Below are positions 20,591-30,500 of a stretch of DNA of 57,999 bases, one piece after another; within the stretch, counting starts at the first letter, position 1; each line of letters begins with the position of its first letter. Source of the DNA: Planctomycetota bacterium (GTDB taxonomy: Bacteria; Planctomycetota; MHYJ01; WSZJ01); NCBI GenBank assembly GCA_038060895.1, contig JBBTCT010000021.1, positions 36,370 to 94,368 of the forward strand. Reading direction: 5' to 3'. The notes under the pieces were generated by a model that made no database searches, was not told the DNA's origin, and worked only from the letters and a program-made list of their open reading frames with translations. A program made the position numbers and the translations under genes.

Positions 20591-22924
20591 TCACTTGTCC
20601 TTCTTCGGCATCGCCGGATTCAACTCCCCATCCAGCACAAACCCGTATTTCTTTCCGATCTCCACCCGGAAATGCGCGACACCCACCCTCTTCTCTTTTC
20701 CCTTCGGCGCTTCTATCGCGATGTCCACGTCCCCGGGGAAAAGCCCGATCTCCTTGCTAGCGACCTTCCCCTGTCCGCCCGGCGCCGCAGGCAACGGCAC
20801 GTCGCGCGGAGCGAGGCCGCCGATGTGGATCAGCACCGGATCCGGTCCCGCGTTCCCTACGATCAGCCGCGGCATGAGCGCGCCGGTCAGCGCTTCGGAA
20901 GGCGGCGCTTTGACCTGCACCGGTTTTCCCTGCGTCGACAGATCCTCCAGCACCTTCATCGCACGCTGCGCGACGCCTTTCGAGGGCACTTCGAACATCC
21001 CTGACCCGAAGTCCGCGAGCGCCAATGCCGACCTCTCGATCTCCGCCTTGTCCTTCGCGCGCCCCGCCGCCGTCGAGAGCGCTTTCCAGGACGTCTTCCA
21101 GGCGGCGACATCCTCCGCGGCGTCGGGAGTGATCTGAACCGCTCCCTGAAGCGCCTTGAGCGCCCCGGGGTAGTCCCGCGCAGACTCGCAAGCCTTCGCC
21201 AGCCCCATCGCGGCGCCGCGGTCGTTCGGGTTGCGTTTCACGGCGTCCGCCAGGTACGTCACCGCCGCGGCAGCGTCGCCGGCCTTGAGGCAGCAGTCGC
21301 CGAGGAGTTCCATCGACTCGGCGCCGGCGCCGTTTTCGACCGCTTTCTTCAGGATCGGGATCGCGTCCTTGAACTTGCCGGTGGCGGCGAGCGCCTTGCC
21401 GAGCGGCTCGGCGGCCTCGACGGAATCGGGGACGACCTTGCGCGCGTTCTCGAGCGCGGCGATCGCGGGCGCGTGCTTCCCGGTTTCGCCGAGCAGTTTC
21501 CCGACGCCGACATTCGCTTCGTAGTTCATCGGCGAAATCGCCAGCGCCTTCTCGAACCCAGCGAGCTTCGCCTTGGGGTCGGCTGCGCCACCCGCTTCCA
21601 GAAGCGCCCCGAGCAGGACCTTCACCGTCCCCGTCCCCGGCGCGATCGTGCGCGCCGCCATTTCGCGCTGCAGGAACGACATGTCCTTCGTCCCGCCCGC
21701 GAACTTGACCGGCAAGCTGGCCAGCGAATCGAGAACCGCCTCTGCGCCTTCAAGGTCGTTCGCGTCGAGCGCGGCCGCGAGCCGGTCGTACGCCTGCGTC
21801 GCGATCGCGAAGTTCTTCTCCTGCGGCTCCTTCATCCCTTTCGACCACGGCGCGTACAGCGGATCGCCGACGTACACGCACATCCACGAATTGATGCGCG
21901 CCGCCATCGCCCCCGCTTCGCCCCACGTGTACCCCTTCAGCATCCGGTCGTAGAGGATGTTCATGGCGGGGAAGCCGACGGTAAACGGCTCGTAGACCGT
22001 GCCCAGCGTGCACGTGATCCCGTGCGCCAGGAGCGGCCCGACCCACTGCGCCTTGTCGCTCCGGATCGTCGTCGCGCTGAACGAATGCAGGTGCGCGCCG
22101 ACCGCCCCCGGATTGAACGTGTACGCCTTCGTCCCGTTGTACTGCCCGGTGTACCAGCCCCAGTAGAACAGCGCGTTGGCGCACGTCGAAACGTCGACCA
22201 GCTCCGGCGTGTCCTCGTCCTTGTGCTCGATCTTGTACTCGTCCCACACCGGCAGGCACTGGCGCATCTCGCAGTCCGTCGAGCCGTAACTCCCACCGTC
22301 CTCCTGGAACCCGCGCGTGTCCAGCCAGGCGATCCCCCTCGGCCCGTACGTCTCCGCATACACCGCCTTGTCCACCAGCGCCCGCGCGATCGCCGGCGTC
22401 GGCCCGTCGAGGCGCGACACCATCAGATACTGGTCGTCGCGCGTGATGCGGCGATCCTTTCGGAACAGCGGGTTGTCCACCCACGCTTCAGTTTCATGAA
22501 GCGGCTGCAGCGCGAGCGCGAGTTCCGCATCCACGCACGCCGAATTCCCCAGGCCCATCGGCTGCGATTCCGGGTTCTTGTCGGATTTCTCGTTCGCGAT
22601 GCGCAGGGGGATGCCGTAGGTCGGCACGACGAAAATCGCTTCAGGGAACTTGTCGAGGTGGTTGAGGAAGGGGCCCAGGATCTTCTCGAGGAAGTCCTTC
22701 CAGTTCGTGGTCTCTTCGCGCGCGACGGTGACGTGGCAGATGTTCGCCTCGGGGATGCGGCGCATCGCGCAGTAGTGTTTTCCGATGTCCACGGATTCCG
22801 GGACGGCGTCGTTGACGATGAGCACGACGGCGGTCGCCGGGTCGAAGGGACGGTCAACCTGGCCTGTTTCGGCGAGAGCGCCGAGCGGGGCGAGAAGGGC
22901 GGCCAGGGCGATGAGGAGACGCAT
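20591..22924 (-). CDS. TIGR03790-like protein with C-terminal TPR repeats
   Basis: Signal peptide; VSRLDGPT, YWGWY, PGAVGAHLHSFSATT, GTVYEP, SWM..VGDPLYAP; TPR helices. Confidence 0.85.
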   Translation of the reverse strand: MRLLIALAALLAPLGALAETGQVDRPFDPATAVVLIVNDAVPESVDIGKHYCAMRRIPEANICHVTVAREETTNWKDFLEKILGPFLNHLDKFPEAIFVVPTYGIPLRIANEKSDKNPESQPMGLGNSACVDAELALALQPLHETEAWVDNPLFRKDRRITRDDQYLMVSRLDGPTPAIARALVDKAVYAETYGPRGIAWLDTRGFQEDGGSYGSTDCEMRQCLPVWDEYKIEHKDEDTPELVDVSTCANALFYWGWYTGQYNGTKAYTFNPGAVGAHLHSFSATTIRSDKAQWVGPLLAHGITCTLGTVYEPFTVGFPAMNILYDRMLKGYTWGEAGAMAARINSWMCVYVGDPLYAPWSKGMKEPQEKNFAIATQAYDRLAAALDANDLEGAEAVLDSLASLPVKFAGGTKDMSFLQREMAARTIAPGTGTVKVLLGALLEAGGAADPKAKLAGFEKALAISPMNYEANVGVGKLLGETGKHAPAIAALENARKVVPDSVEAAEPLGKALAATGKFKDAIPILKKAVENGAGAESMELLGDCCLKAGDAAAAVTYLADAVKRNPNDRGAAMGLAKACESARDYPGALKALQGAVQITPDAAEDVAAWKTSWKALSTAAGRAKDKAEIERSALALADFGSGMFEVPSKGVAQRAMKVLEDLSTQGKPVQVKAPPSEALTGALMPRLIVGNAGPDPVLIHIGGLAPRDVPLPAAPGGQGKVASKEIGLFPGDVDIAIEAPKGKEKRVGVAHFRVEIGKKYGFVLDGELNPAMPKKDK

Positions 22925-22938
22925 GGTGAAGGAGAAGG

Positions 22939-23943
22939 CTACTCCTTGGAGAACGCATCCGCTTTCTCAAGCAGCTCGTCATTGCTCAATTCCGCGGGTG
23001 GATTCGCAGGGTCCAGCGCCAGAGCGATGAGCTTCGGCAGATCCTTCAGCCGCGACTGGATCCCGAACCGCTTTGCCGCCGTCGTCTCAAACCGCTCCGG
23101 CTGCGGTTTCTTGCGCGGGTCCTTGGGCTCGCGGCCCTTCTTTTCTTCCTCCTCCGCCTCGCGCCGTGCCTTTCGGTACTCGCCCGCATAGAACCCCGCG
23201 GCCTCGCGCCGCTGCGGCTCCGTGAGGAGCTTCGTGAGCCACCCTCGAAGCGCCGCGACTTGCGCGTTCCTGTCCGCACCCCCCGCGATCACGAACGCGT
23301 GCGCGCGCTCGATCGCCCGCTCGTCGCGCTTCAGCGAACCCGCAACCCGCGCGAAGTCGTCCGCGATGACCCCGATGGCGAGTTCGCACGCCCCCGGGGA
23401 ATCCTCAGAGAACTGCGCCGCGAGGAACCGGAAGTACGTCGCGGCCGCTTCCTCGTCCGCCGCCGTGCAGGCGGCCAGGCAGGCCTCGACCAGCTCGTCG
23501 GCCGTTTTTCGGTCGAATTTGCGGGACTCGTCGGCCGGTTCCGCCGAAGCGGGGTCGGAGAGGCAGAGGCCGACGACCTGGAGACCTTCCTTCGATTTCT
23601 TCAGGAAAACGATCTGCGAGTCCCCGGGCGCCGCGGGCTGCTCGAAAAAGGAAAGCGCCCGGCCGCGCATGCCGCCCGGCTCGGCGAGGTCGCCCAGGAG
23701 CCGCGCCGTCCAGGCCTCGGCGTCGATGACGAGCGAGACCGTGTCGCCCACCTTGAAGTCCCCCTTGAACGCGCGCTCGACGACGGCCGGCCGCGGGCCC
23801 TCGCATGCCTCACCGAGCTTCACGCGCAGCACGGCGTCGGCGTCACGCAGGTCGGCGCGGAGGCCCTGGTAGGCGGGTTCGTCCTCTGCAAAAGATGCGA
23901 GGGCGCTGAAAAGTAGGATGGAAACCACGAAGCGGATGCGCAT
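22939..23943 (-). CDS. Secreted hypothetical protein
   Basis: Signal peptide MRIRFVVSILLFSALASFA; co-oriented and closely spaced with the next gene. Confidence 0.75.
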   Translation of the reverse strand: MRIRFVVSILLFSALASFAEDEPAYQGLRADLRDADAVLRVKLGEACEGPRPAVVERAFKGDFKVGDTVSLVIDAEAWTARLLGDLAEPGGMRGRALSFFEQPAAPGDSQIVFLKKSKEGLQVVGLCLSDPASAEPADESRKFDRKTADELVEACLAACTAADEEAAATYFRFLAAQFSEDSPGACELAIGVIADDFARVAGSLKRDERAIERAHAFVIAGGADRNAQVAALRGWLTKLLTEPQRREAAGFYAGEYRKARREAEEEEKKGREPKDPRKKPQPERFETTAAKRFGIQSRLKDLPKLIALALDPANPPAELSNDELLEKADAFSKE

Positions 23944-24014
23944 GGAGGGGGAGTATAGACGCTGTTTCCCGATTTCTGCTGCCGCAGATCGGCCGCTTCG
24001 CGGACACTTCTCCC

Positions 24015-24839
24015 ATGACTCCCCGCGCCCTCCGCCTCCGCGCCGCGCTCATCGGCGGCCTCGGGCTGCTTGCCGTGAGCGGGATGTATTTCGTGAAGCG
24101 CATCCCCCAGGATCCCGAGTACCACAATTTCGCGGACCGCCGGCCCTTCGCCGGGATCCCGAATTTCGGCGACGTCGTGTCGAACCTGCCGTTCTGCGTC
24201 GTCGGCGCCGTCGCCTTCCTGTGGTTCGCAAAGCACCGCGAACGCGTCGGGTTCGGAAAGCCGTTTCTGACCTACCACGAGCTCCGGTCCTGGCTCGTCG
24301 TCTTTGCCGGGGTCTTCGTGACGGGACTCGGCTCCGCCTACTATCACTGGGCCCCCGACACCCCGCGTCTTTTCTGGGACCGCCTCCCGATGACGGTCGC
24401 ATTCATGGCCCTGCTCGGCGTGCAGGTCATGGAGCGGATCAGCGTGCGAGGCGGTTCGATGCTGATCGTCCCTTTCCTCGTCACGGGCGTCTCCAGCGTC
24501 GTCGCCTGGCGCCTCGGCGAAGGCGAAGGCACGGGCGACCTGCGCCTCTACGCCCTCGTGCAATTTTACCCTCTCGCCGCGATCCCCCTCATGCTGCTGC
24601 TCTACCCCGCCCGCTACAACCGCTCCGCCGATCTCATGCTCGCGTTTTCCATGTACGTCCTGGCCAAGGTCGGCGAAGAGTGGGACCTGCGGATCTTCAA
24701 CGCACTCGGGCACACCGTGAGCGGGCACACGATCAAGCATCTCTTCGCCGCGACGGGAACTGCGCTGATGCTGAGGATGCTCATGAAGCGACGTCCGCTG
24801 TCGGGGGCGCTTCCGGCGCCTCCGACCATGCTGACTTGA
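24015..24839 (+). CDS. Alkaline phytoceramidase-like (CREST-type) membrane protein
   Basis: IPQDPEYHNFADRR, SNLPF, GSAYYH, WDRLPMT, SGHTIKHL; multiple TM helices. Confidence 0.88.
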   Translation: MTPRALRLRAALIGGLGLLAVSGMYFVKRIPQDPEYHNFADRRPFAGIPNFGDVVSNLPFCVVGAVAFLWFAKHRERVGFGKPFLTYHELRSWLVVFAGVFVTGLGSAYYHWAPDTPRLFWDRLPMTVAFMALLGVQVMERISVRGGSMLIVPFLVTGVSSVVAWRLGEGEGTGDLRLYALVQFYPLAAIPLMLLLYPARYNRSADLMLAFSMYVLAKVGEEWDLRIFNALGHTVSGHTIKHLFAATGTALMLRMLMKRRPLSGALPAPPTMLT

Positions 24840-25276
24840 GTCCCTCCGGCCGTGGGATCTTCAGGTGAGTCGTTCCTCCCTCGATTTTGACGATCACCGC
24901 CTGCGATTTCCGGACGAGAGTCTGGCGGAGCACGACGAGTCCGACGATGAAGGCAAAGAAACCGAGAAACGCGCCGAAGACCGGCCCGGTGGGTTCCCGA
25001 GGAGTGAGCTGCACGCCCACGAAGGCAAAGAGCAGGGGGAATGCGAACACGCCGAGCCAGCGACGAAGCGCCGCGAAGAGAGCGCGGTGGGGGGGCAAAT
25101 TCCCGCGAACGCACCGGCCGCGCGGGCGGAGCAGCAGGCGGCGGGGCGACGGCCGGAGCGCTCGCTGCGCCTGGAACCCGGAAGCGCCCTTTGCATTTCG
25201 AGCAGACCGCTTCCTTTCCCGCAAACCGCGGGTCCAGCGAGTACGTGGCGCCACAACCGCAAGTCGCGCGAATCAT
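24781..25276 (-). pseudogene. Frameshifted zinc-ribbon membrane protein, paralogue of 25366-26037
   Basis: N-terminus (CGCG...CSKC) is in one frame and the TM/C-terminus in another. Removing one base from the G7 run at 25089-25095 joins them. Confidence 0.65.
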
Positions 25277-25365
25277 CCGTCGCCTCCCTGAAATCGACGA
25301 CCCTTAGCAGGGCGCAGTTTACGTCACACCGCGTTGCGCATCGCGAGGATTGGAACGCTGAATCC

Positions 25366-26037
25366 TCAAGCTTGCCGCTTCAGGTCCTCGGCATTCAACC
25401 ACGCATCCCGCAGCTCCTCCGGCCAGGGGACGCGGAGCCGGGTGACCGACGGGGAGATTTCCACGGCGGTCGCCTGGGAGCGGCCGATGAGAAAGAGCCG
25501 GAGCGCGATCATCCCTGCGACCCAGGCGACGATCCCGGCGATGAGCCCGCCGACCATCCCGATCGAACGCTTCGGCTCGACCGCGCTGCCGATCGTGCCG
25601 CCGACGAGCGGGAGGACGAAGACGCCGATCCACATGAAGAGGCGGAAGATGAGCGAAGCGCGTTTCCATTCCCGCAGGCACCGGTTGCAGAGGGGGCAGG
25701 TGACCGTCGCCTTGCGCCGCAGGAGCAGGGCGAGGAGTGCGAAGGGGGAGACGATGCTGAATTCCAGCGTCGTGGGGTAGATGGAGGATGTTCGAGTGCA
25801 GACAAGGCAGCAGTGCAGTGGAATGAATCCGTTCGGGGGAACGGAAATCTCTCCGCCCACCAGTGTGGCCGGCCCGCCGGGCCCTGGATGCCGGGGCGCC
25901 CGCTGGACGCGGGGCGCCTGGTCGTCGAGGGGTGGGACATGGAAGTGCTCGCAGCACTTCGAGCAGAGAGCCTCCTGGCCCGCCCAGGATTCATCGAGCG
26001 AGTGGACGGCGCCGCAGGCGCAAAGGGCATCAAGCAA
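25366..26037 (-). CDS. Cys-rich zinc-ribbon membrane protein
   Basis: CACG, CSKC, CCLVC, CPLCNRC motifs plus TM helices. Confidence 0.75.
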   Translation of the reverse strand: MLDALCACGAVHSLDESWAGQEALCSKCCEHFHVPPLDDQAPRVQRAPRHPGPGGPATLVGGEISVPPNGFIPLHCCLVCTRTSSIYPTTLEFSIVSPFALLALLLRRKATVTCPLCNRCLREWKRASLIFRLFMWIGVFVLPLVGGTIGSAVEPKRSIGMVGGLIAGIVAWVAGMIALRLFLIGRSQATAVEISPSVTRLRVPWPEELRDAWLNAEDLKRQA

Positions 26038-26087
26038 GCTCTCTCCCTGGAAGTCCCCGTTAGACCCGCCGGGATTCTACGCCACGG

Positions 26088-26972
26088 CTACTCCATCTCT
26101 TCCAGCGTCCTCGGCCAGTCCCCCTTGAGCAGCCTCGACAGCGACCGGTCCGCGAGGATCCGGCCGCCGGTCTGGCAGCGCGGACAGTAGTTCGTCTCGT
26201 TGTCGGCTTTCACGATCCGCTGAACGGGGGCGGCGCAGGCGGGGCAAGGTTTCCGGAAGCGGCCGTGGACGGCCATTTCGGGCCGGAACGCGGTGACACC
26301 CTCCGGGAAGTCTTCGCCGGACCCGGCGCGGAGGCGGTCGGTCCAGTCGCGGAGCGATTGACGCGCCGCGTCAAAAAGGCGCGCCGCCTCTTCATCGGTG
26401 AGCTTCGACGTCAGCGTGATCGGCGACAGCTTCGCCTTCCAGAGGATTTCGTCCGAGTACGCGTTCCCGATCCCTGCGAACGTCGCCGGGTCCGTCAGCG
26501 CTCGCTTGAGAGTCCGGTTATGGCGGCGAAGCGCCGCGACGAACGCTTCGCGCGTCGCGGTCAACGGCTCGACGCCGCCCGGGTCGTGCGCGGCCAGGGC
26601 CGCTTCGCCTCTCACGGCGTGAAGCGACGCGCGTTTCTTCGTTCCTGCCTCGGTGAGGATCAGCGTGCCTTCGGCGAAGTCGAACGCCGCCAAGCCGAGT
26701 TTGCCGGGCGGTCGCGCGCCAGCCGGTTTCCAGTGCAGCCGTCCGGCGATCATCAGGTGCAGGACGAGGAAAAGTTCGTCATCGAAGCAGAACACGATCC
26801 GTTTTCCAATCCGTCGGAAGCCGCGCACGGGCTTTCCACGGAAGGCGTCGAGAGGCGGCTCGACGGTGCGCAGGAGAAACATCGAGGGAAGCCGGATCCC
26901 GGCGAGCACGCGGCCGGTGCAGCGGCGGTCGAGGTGCTCGATGTAAATCTGCAGATCGGGGAGTTCCGGCAC
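26088..26972 (-). CDS. Fpg/Nei family DNA glycosylase
   Basis: N-terminal PELP, HLMIAG, H2TH GIGNAYSDEIL, zinc finger CPAC...CPRCQ. Confidence 0.93.
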   Translation of the reverse strand: MPELPDLQIYIEHLDRRCTGRVLAGIRLPSMFLLRTVEPPLDAFRGKPVRGFRRIGKRIVFCFDDELFLVLHLMIAGRLHWKPAGARPPGKLGLAAFDFAEGTLILTEAGTKKRASLHAVRGEAALAAHDPGGVEPLTATREAFVAALRRHNRTLKRALTDPATFAGIGNAYSDEILWKAKLSPITLTSKLTDEEAARLFDAARQSLRDWTDRLRAGSGEDFPEGVTAFRPEMAVHGRFRKPCPACAAPVQRIVKADNETNYCPRCQTGGRILADRSLSRLLKGDWPRTLEEME

Positions 26973-27020
26973 GGCGACAGTGTGGAGCCGGGGACAGGGA
27001 AATGCGAAAAGGAAAGTCGA

Positions 27021-27115
27021 GACGCTGAAAGGCGCTGAAACGGCACGCTGAAAAGCGCTGATTTGGCGGACGTTGGCAGCGCTTTTCAGCGGCCGTTTCA
27101 GCGCCTTTCAGCGTC
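27021..27115. repeat. Intergenic inverted repeat with CGCTGAAA units (39/40 match)
   Basis: 27021-27060 versus 27077-27115. Confidence 0.9.
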
Positions 27116-27137
27116 CCGGCTTTTGTCCTCTATCCAA

Positions 27138-27524
27138 CTACTTCAGCTTCGCCATTGCGTCGAGATAGACCTTTCCAGGCGTTCCCGACAGCGTCGGGTG
27201 CGCCGTGCCGGTGACGCGCTTGTGGAGATCCGCGACGTCGGCATTCGACTCGACCGGGAGCCACTTCTCGACGGTGCCGCGCTTGAGCTGCACCACGGGG
27301 CCTTTGCCTTTCGGCGAAGCGTCGTTGGGGATCACGGCGAACTGCCCGATGACCCACTCGTTGCCCGCGGAGTCCTTGATGGACTTTCCCTGGAGAGGCC
27401 GAAGCGCGGCCTGGCCGTCGCCGTCGGGGTAGGGGCCCGAATAGCCGGGCGGTTCCGGTTTCCGGGTGCAGCAGCACGCGGTGAGGGCGAACAGCAAGGG
27501 AAGGCAGGCGAGCCAGCGCTTCAT
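27138..27524 (-). CDS. Putative lipoprotein, last gene of the ECF/macroglobulin operon
   Basis: MKRWLACLPLLFALTAC lipobox followed by CC; ATGA overlap with the upstream stop. Confidence 0.8.
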   Translation of the reverse strand: MKRWLACLPLLFALTACCCTRKPEPPGYSGPYPDGDGQAALRPLQGKSIKDSAGNEWVIGQFAVIPNDASPKGKGPVVQLKRGTVEKWLPVESNADVADLHKRVTGTAHPTLSGTPGKVYLDAMAKLK

Positions 27525-30500
27525 TTCCTCTCCTTGACGACGATCCGGCGCGGACTGGACACGCCGTTGTTGTCGGGCGCATAGTATTCGTACACGCCGC
27601 TCGCCGGGGACTGGGCGACGATGGGGAAGCGCGGGCGGAGGTCGTAGGCGACGCGGATCGGGGCGCCGGGGGCGACCTTGCCGAAGTAAAGCGTGATCTG
27701 GCGGCCGGTGAGCGAGTACTTGTCTATCGCGCCGGATTCCTTCAGCCGCTCGAAAGCGGACGGGTCCGGCTCGAAACCGGGCGGGATGCCGAGGTCTGCG
27801 ATCACCATCGACGTCTCGCGGCCGCGAAGGGTCAGGCTCGCCGTCGCGTGAAGGACGCCGTCGAGGTCGATCTCCTGCTTGTCGTAGGCGACTTCGATGG
27901 AAAGGGGAGGGGCCTCGGGGCGAGGAGCGAGATGCCACGGGAGATAGAAGCGCCCCGCGACCTGGTACGACGCCGACAGCTCGCCGTCCGATTCCAGCTC
28001 GATCGTGTTCTCACCCTCCTCGACGGGGATCTCCGCCTGCTGGTACAGGTCAAACGTCTCCCCGTTGATCCCGCGGAACGCGCCGAGGATCTCCTTCCCA
28101 TTCACGCGCAGCTTCACGTGCACCGGTCGCTCCGGCTTTTTCGCCGCTCCGCCGTCTTCCAGCAACGCTTTGATCGCCAGAATCGTCGCCTGCGTCGAGC
28201 CCCAGTCGCCGTGCGGCTGCCGGTTCTTCGACAACCACGCCAGCGCTTCCGCCGCCCGCGGCGACCGCGTCCGCCCGCACGCCAGCGCCGCCAGCGCCGT
28301 CGCTTCGATCGCTGCCGTGTTGCCTCTCGCGCCGCAGAGCCCGTCCTGCGCCGTCCCCCAATGCGTCAGCGCCCCTTCGCGCACCGCCGATTTCTCGAGC
28401 GGAGCGACATCCGAAGCCCTTCCCAGCGCCAGCGCCACGAGTCCCTGCACGTACGGATCGGAAGCTTCCGCCGCGTGAGACGCGACCCAGGCCGTGCCTC
28501 GCTGGACTTCCGGGTCGTTGAGGCCGGCCTCGCGAAGCGCCCACACGACGTACGCCGTCATCGGAAGCCGCCCGTTGCCGAGCTGCCCCCACGTGTGCAT
28601 CCCGAGGTCGAGCGACCAGCCGCCGTCCTTGTCCTGCCGCGAATACAGCACCCGCTTCGCCCGAGCCACGACGTCCGGGTCCACGTCGCGCACCTTCGCC
28701 ATGTCCGTGAACAGGAGGATTCCGTACGCCGTCAGGATCGTCTTCGCCGGCGCCCGGCCGTACCAGTCGAACCCGCCGCCGCTCACTTCAAAGGTCAGCA
28801 GCCGCTGGTAGCCCGCGTTCAGCGCTTCGTCGAGCTTCATCTGCCATTCAGGGGTCAACTGACCCGTCTTCCGGAGGTAGGCCATCACGAGAACGTTCGG
28901 ATAGGCCACGCTCGAGGTCTGCTCGAATCAGCCATACGGCAGCCGCACGAGGCCTTCAAGGCCGCCGACGACTTCGGAGAAGCGGCTCGGGTAGAGGCGG
29001 ACCCAGGCGCGGGAAGCGCCGTCGACGGCGTCCGAGGGGATCGTGACTTTCGTGGAAGCGCGGTCGCGCAGGACGTCGTTGGCGGAGAGCGGCATCTCGC
29101 GGCCGTCCGGCACGACGTCGATCGCGCGGCGGATCGCGTCGGCAAACTCCGGCGACGTCGCGGTCACTTTCAGTTTGTGCCGTCCGAACTCGCGCGCCTT
29201 CACGTGGAAGTACACCGAGCGCACGTCGTTGGCGGCGATGGTCAGCGTCTTCTTCGCGTCGTCCTTGATCTCGAACCCGCTCTCGGCTTCGAACTCCAGC
29301 ACCACGCGCTGCTCCCGCTCGAGGTAGTTGTACACCGCGACCGGGATCCACACTTCGTCCCCCTGCGTCAGCGCCACCGGCAGGTCGATATCTGCAAAGA
29401 ATGGTTGGAACACCCGCAACGGCGCGTCCATCGCCCCCAGCCGCCCGCCCCGATCCACCGCCGACATCCCCATCCGCCACGTCGTGATCGAGTCCGCGCC
29501 GGGAAAGCGCAGCGTCGCGCGGCCCTCGTTGTCGGTGACGATCTCGGGGTTCCAGTAGAGGGTTTCGGGGAAGTATTCGCGGAGGCGGGGGGCGTTGGGT
29601 GTAGACGGCCCGACTTTGGACTCAGTCTTGAAGGCCACATCGACCACGTTCGGAGATGCGGCGCCACTCGCCGGCTTGGCGGATTCCCTCGCGGACAGGA
29701 CTCCGTCGAAACTGCGCCCCCTCGTGCTAGACAGGGAAGGCAGCAACAGGCCGGCGAAGATCACAATGAGGATGAGGCCCACCACGAGCGCCCCCAGCCA
29801 GGCATGTTCTTCCTTCGTGGTCTGGAGGACCGTCTGGATGACGACATAGATCAGGCCGCCCAGGATGGTCAGGACCAGCGTCAGCGCCCTGACCGCGTCG
29901 AGGGCGCCGTCCGAATCCGGCAAGAGCACCAGGAGCACGATCGTGCCGGCGAGCAGGGACAGCCAGATCCGTGTGTACTGCATTGCGAACCCGATCAACC
30001 TGAACACCCAAACAAGGACGATCAGTGCAGCGGTCCATGCCAGGACCGCCTGGGTGCCTGCCACCTCGCTTCGGCGCCACCGCGCGAACCGCTCGAGCTT
30101 GAGGTGCCATTCGTTGCTGGCGAACTGCTGTGCCGCGGGTTTTTCCGCGATCGCCACTCGCGCCGGTGACGGATCGTCGGATGCGAGCGCGCCCGCAGGC
30201 TTGAGCTGGAAACGCGGCTTGAGCAGCTCTTCCTGGATCGCGAAGTACGTCGCTTCGAGCCCCGGGCGCGCGTCGTTGAGCGCAAACACCGCTTCATCGA
30301 CCACCGACACGCTCAGCGCGGACGGCGCGGGCATCCCGTCCGGCCCGAACACCTGTACTTCCGCCGTCATTTCGTCCCCCGGCTTGAACGGCTCCGGGCG
30401 GATTGCGGGGCGGATCTCGAGGCCCTTGGCGGGCATGACGACGATCGGGCGCGAGTCGCGCCAGATGTGGCCGTCCTCGCGGACGCGGTAGACGGCGACG

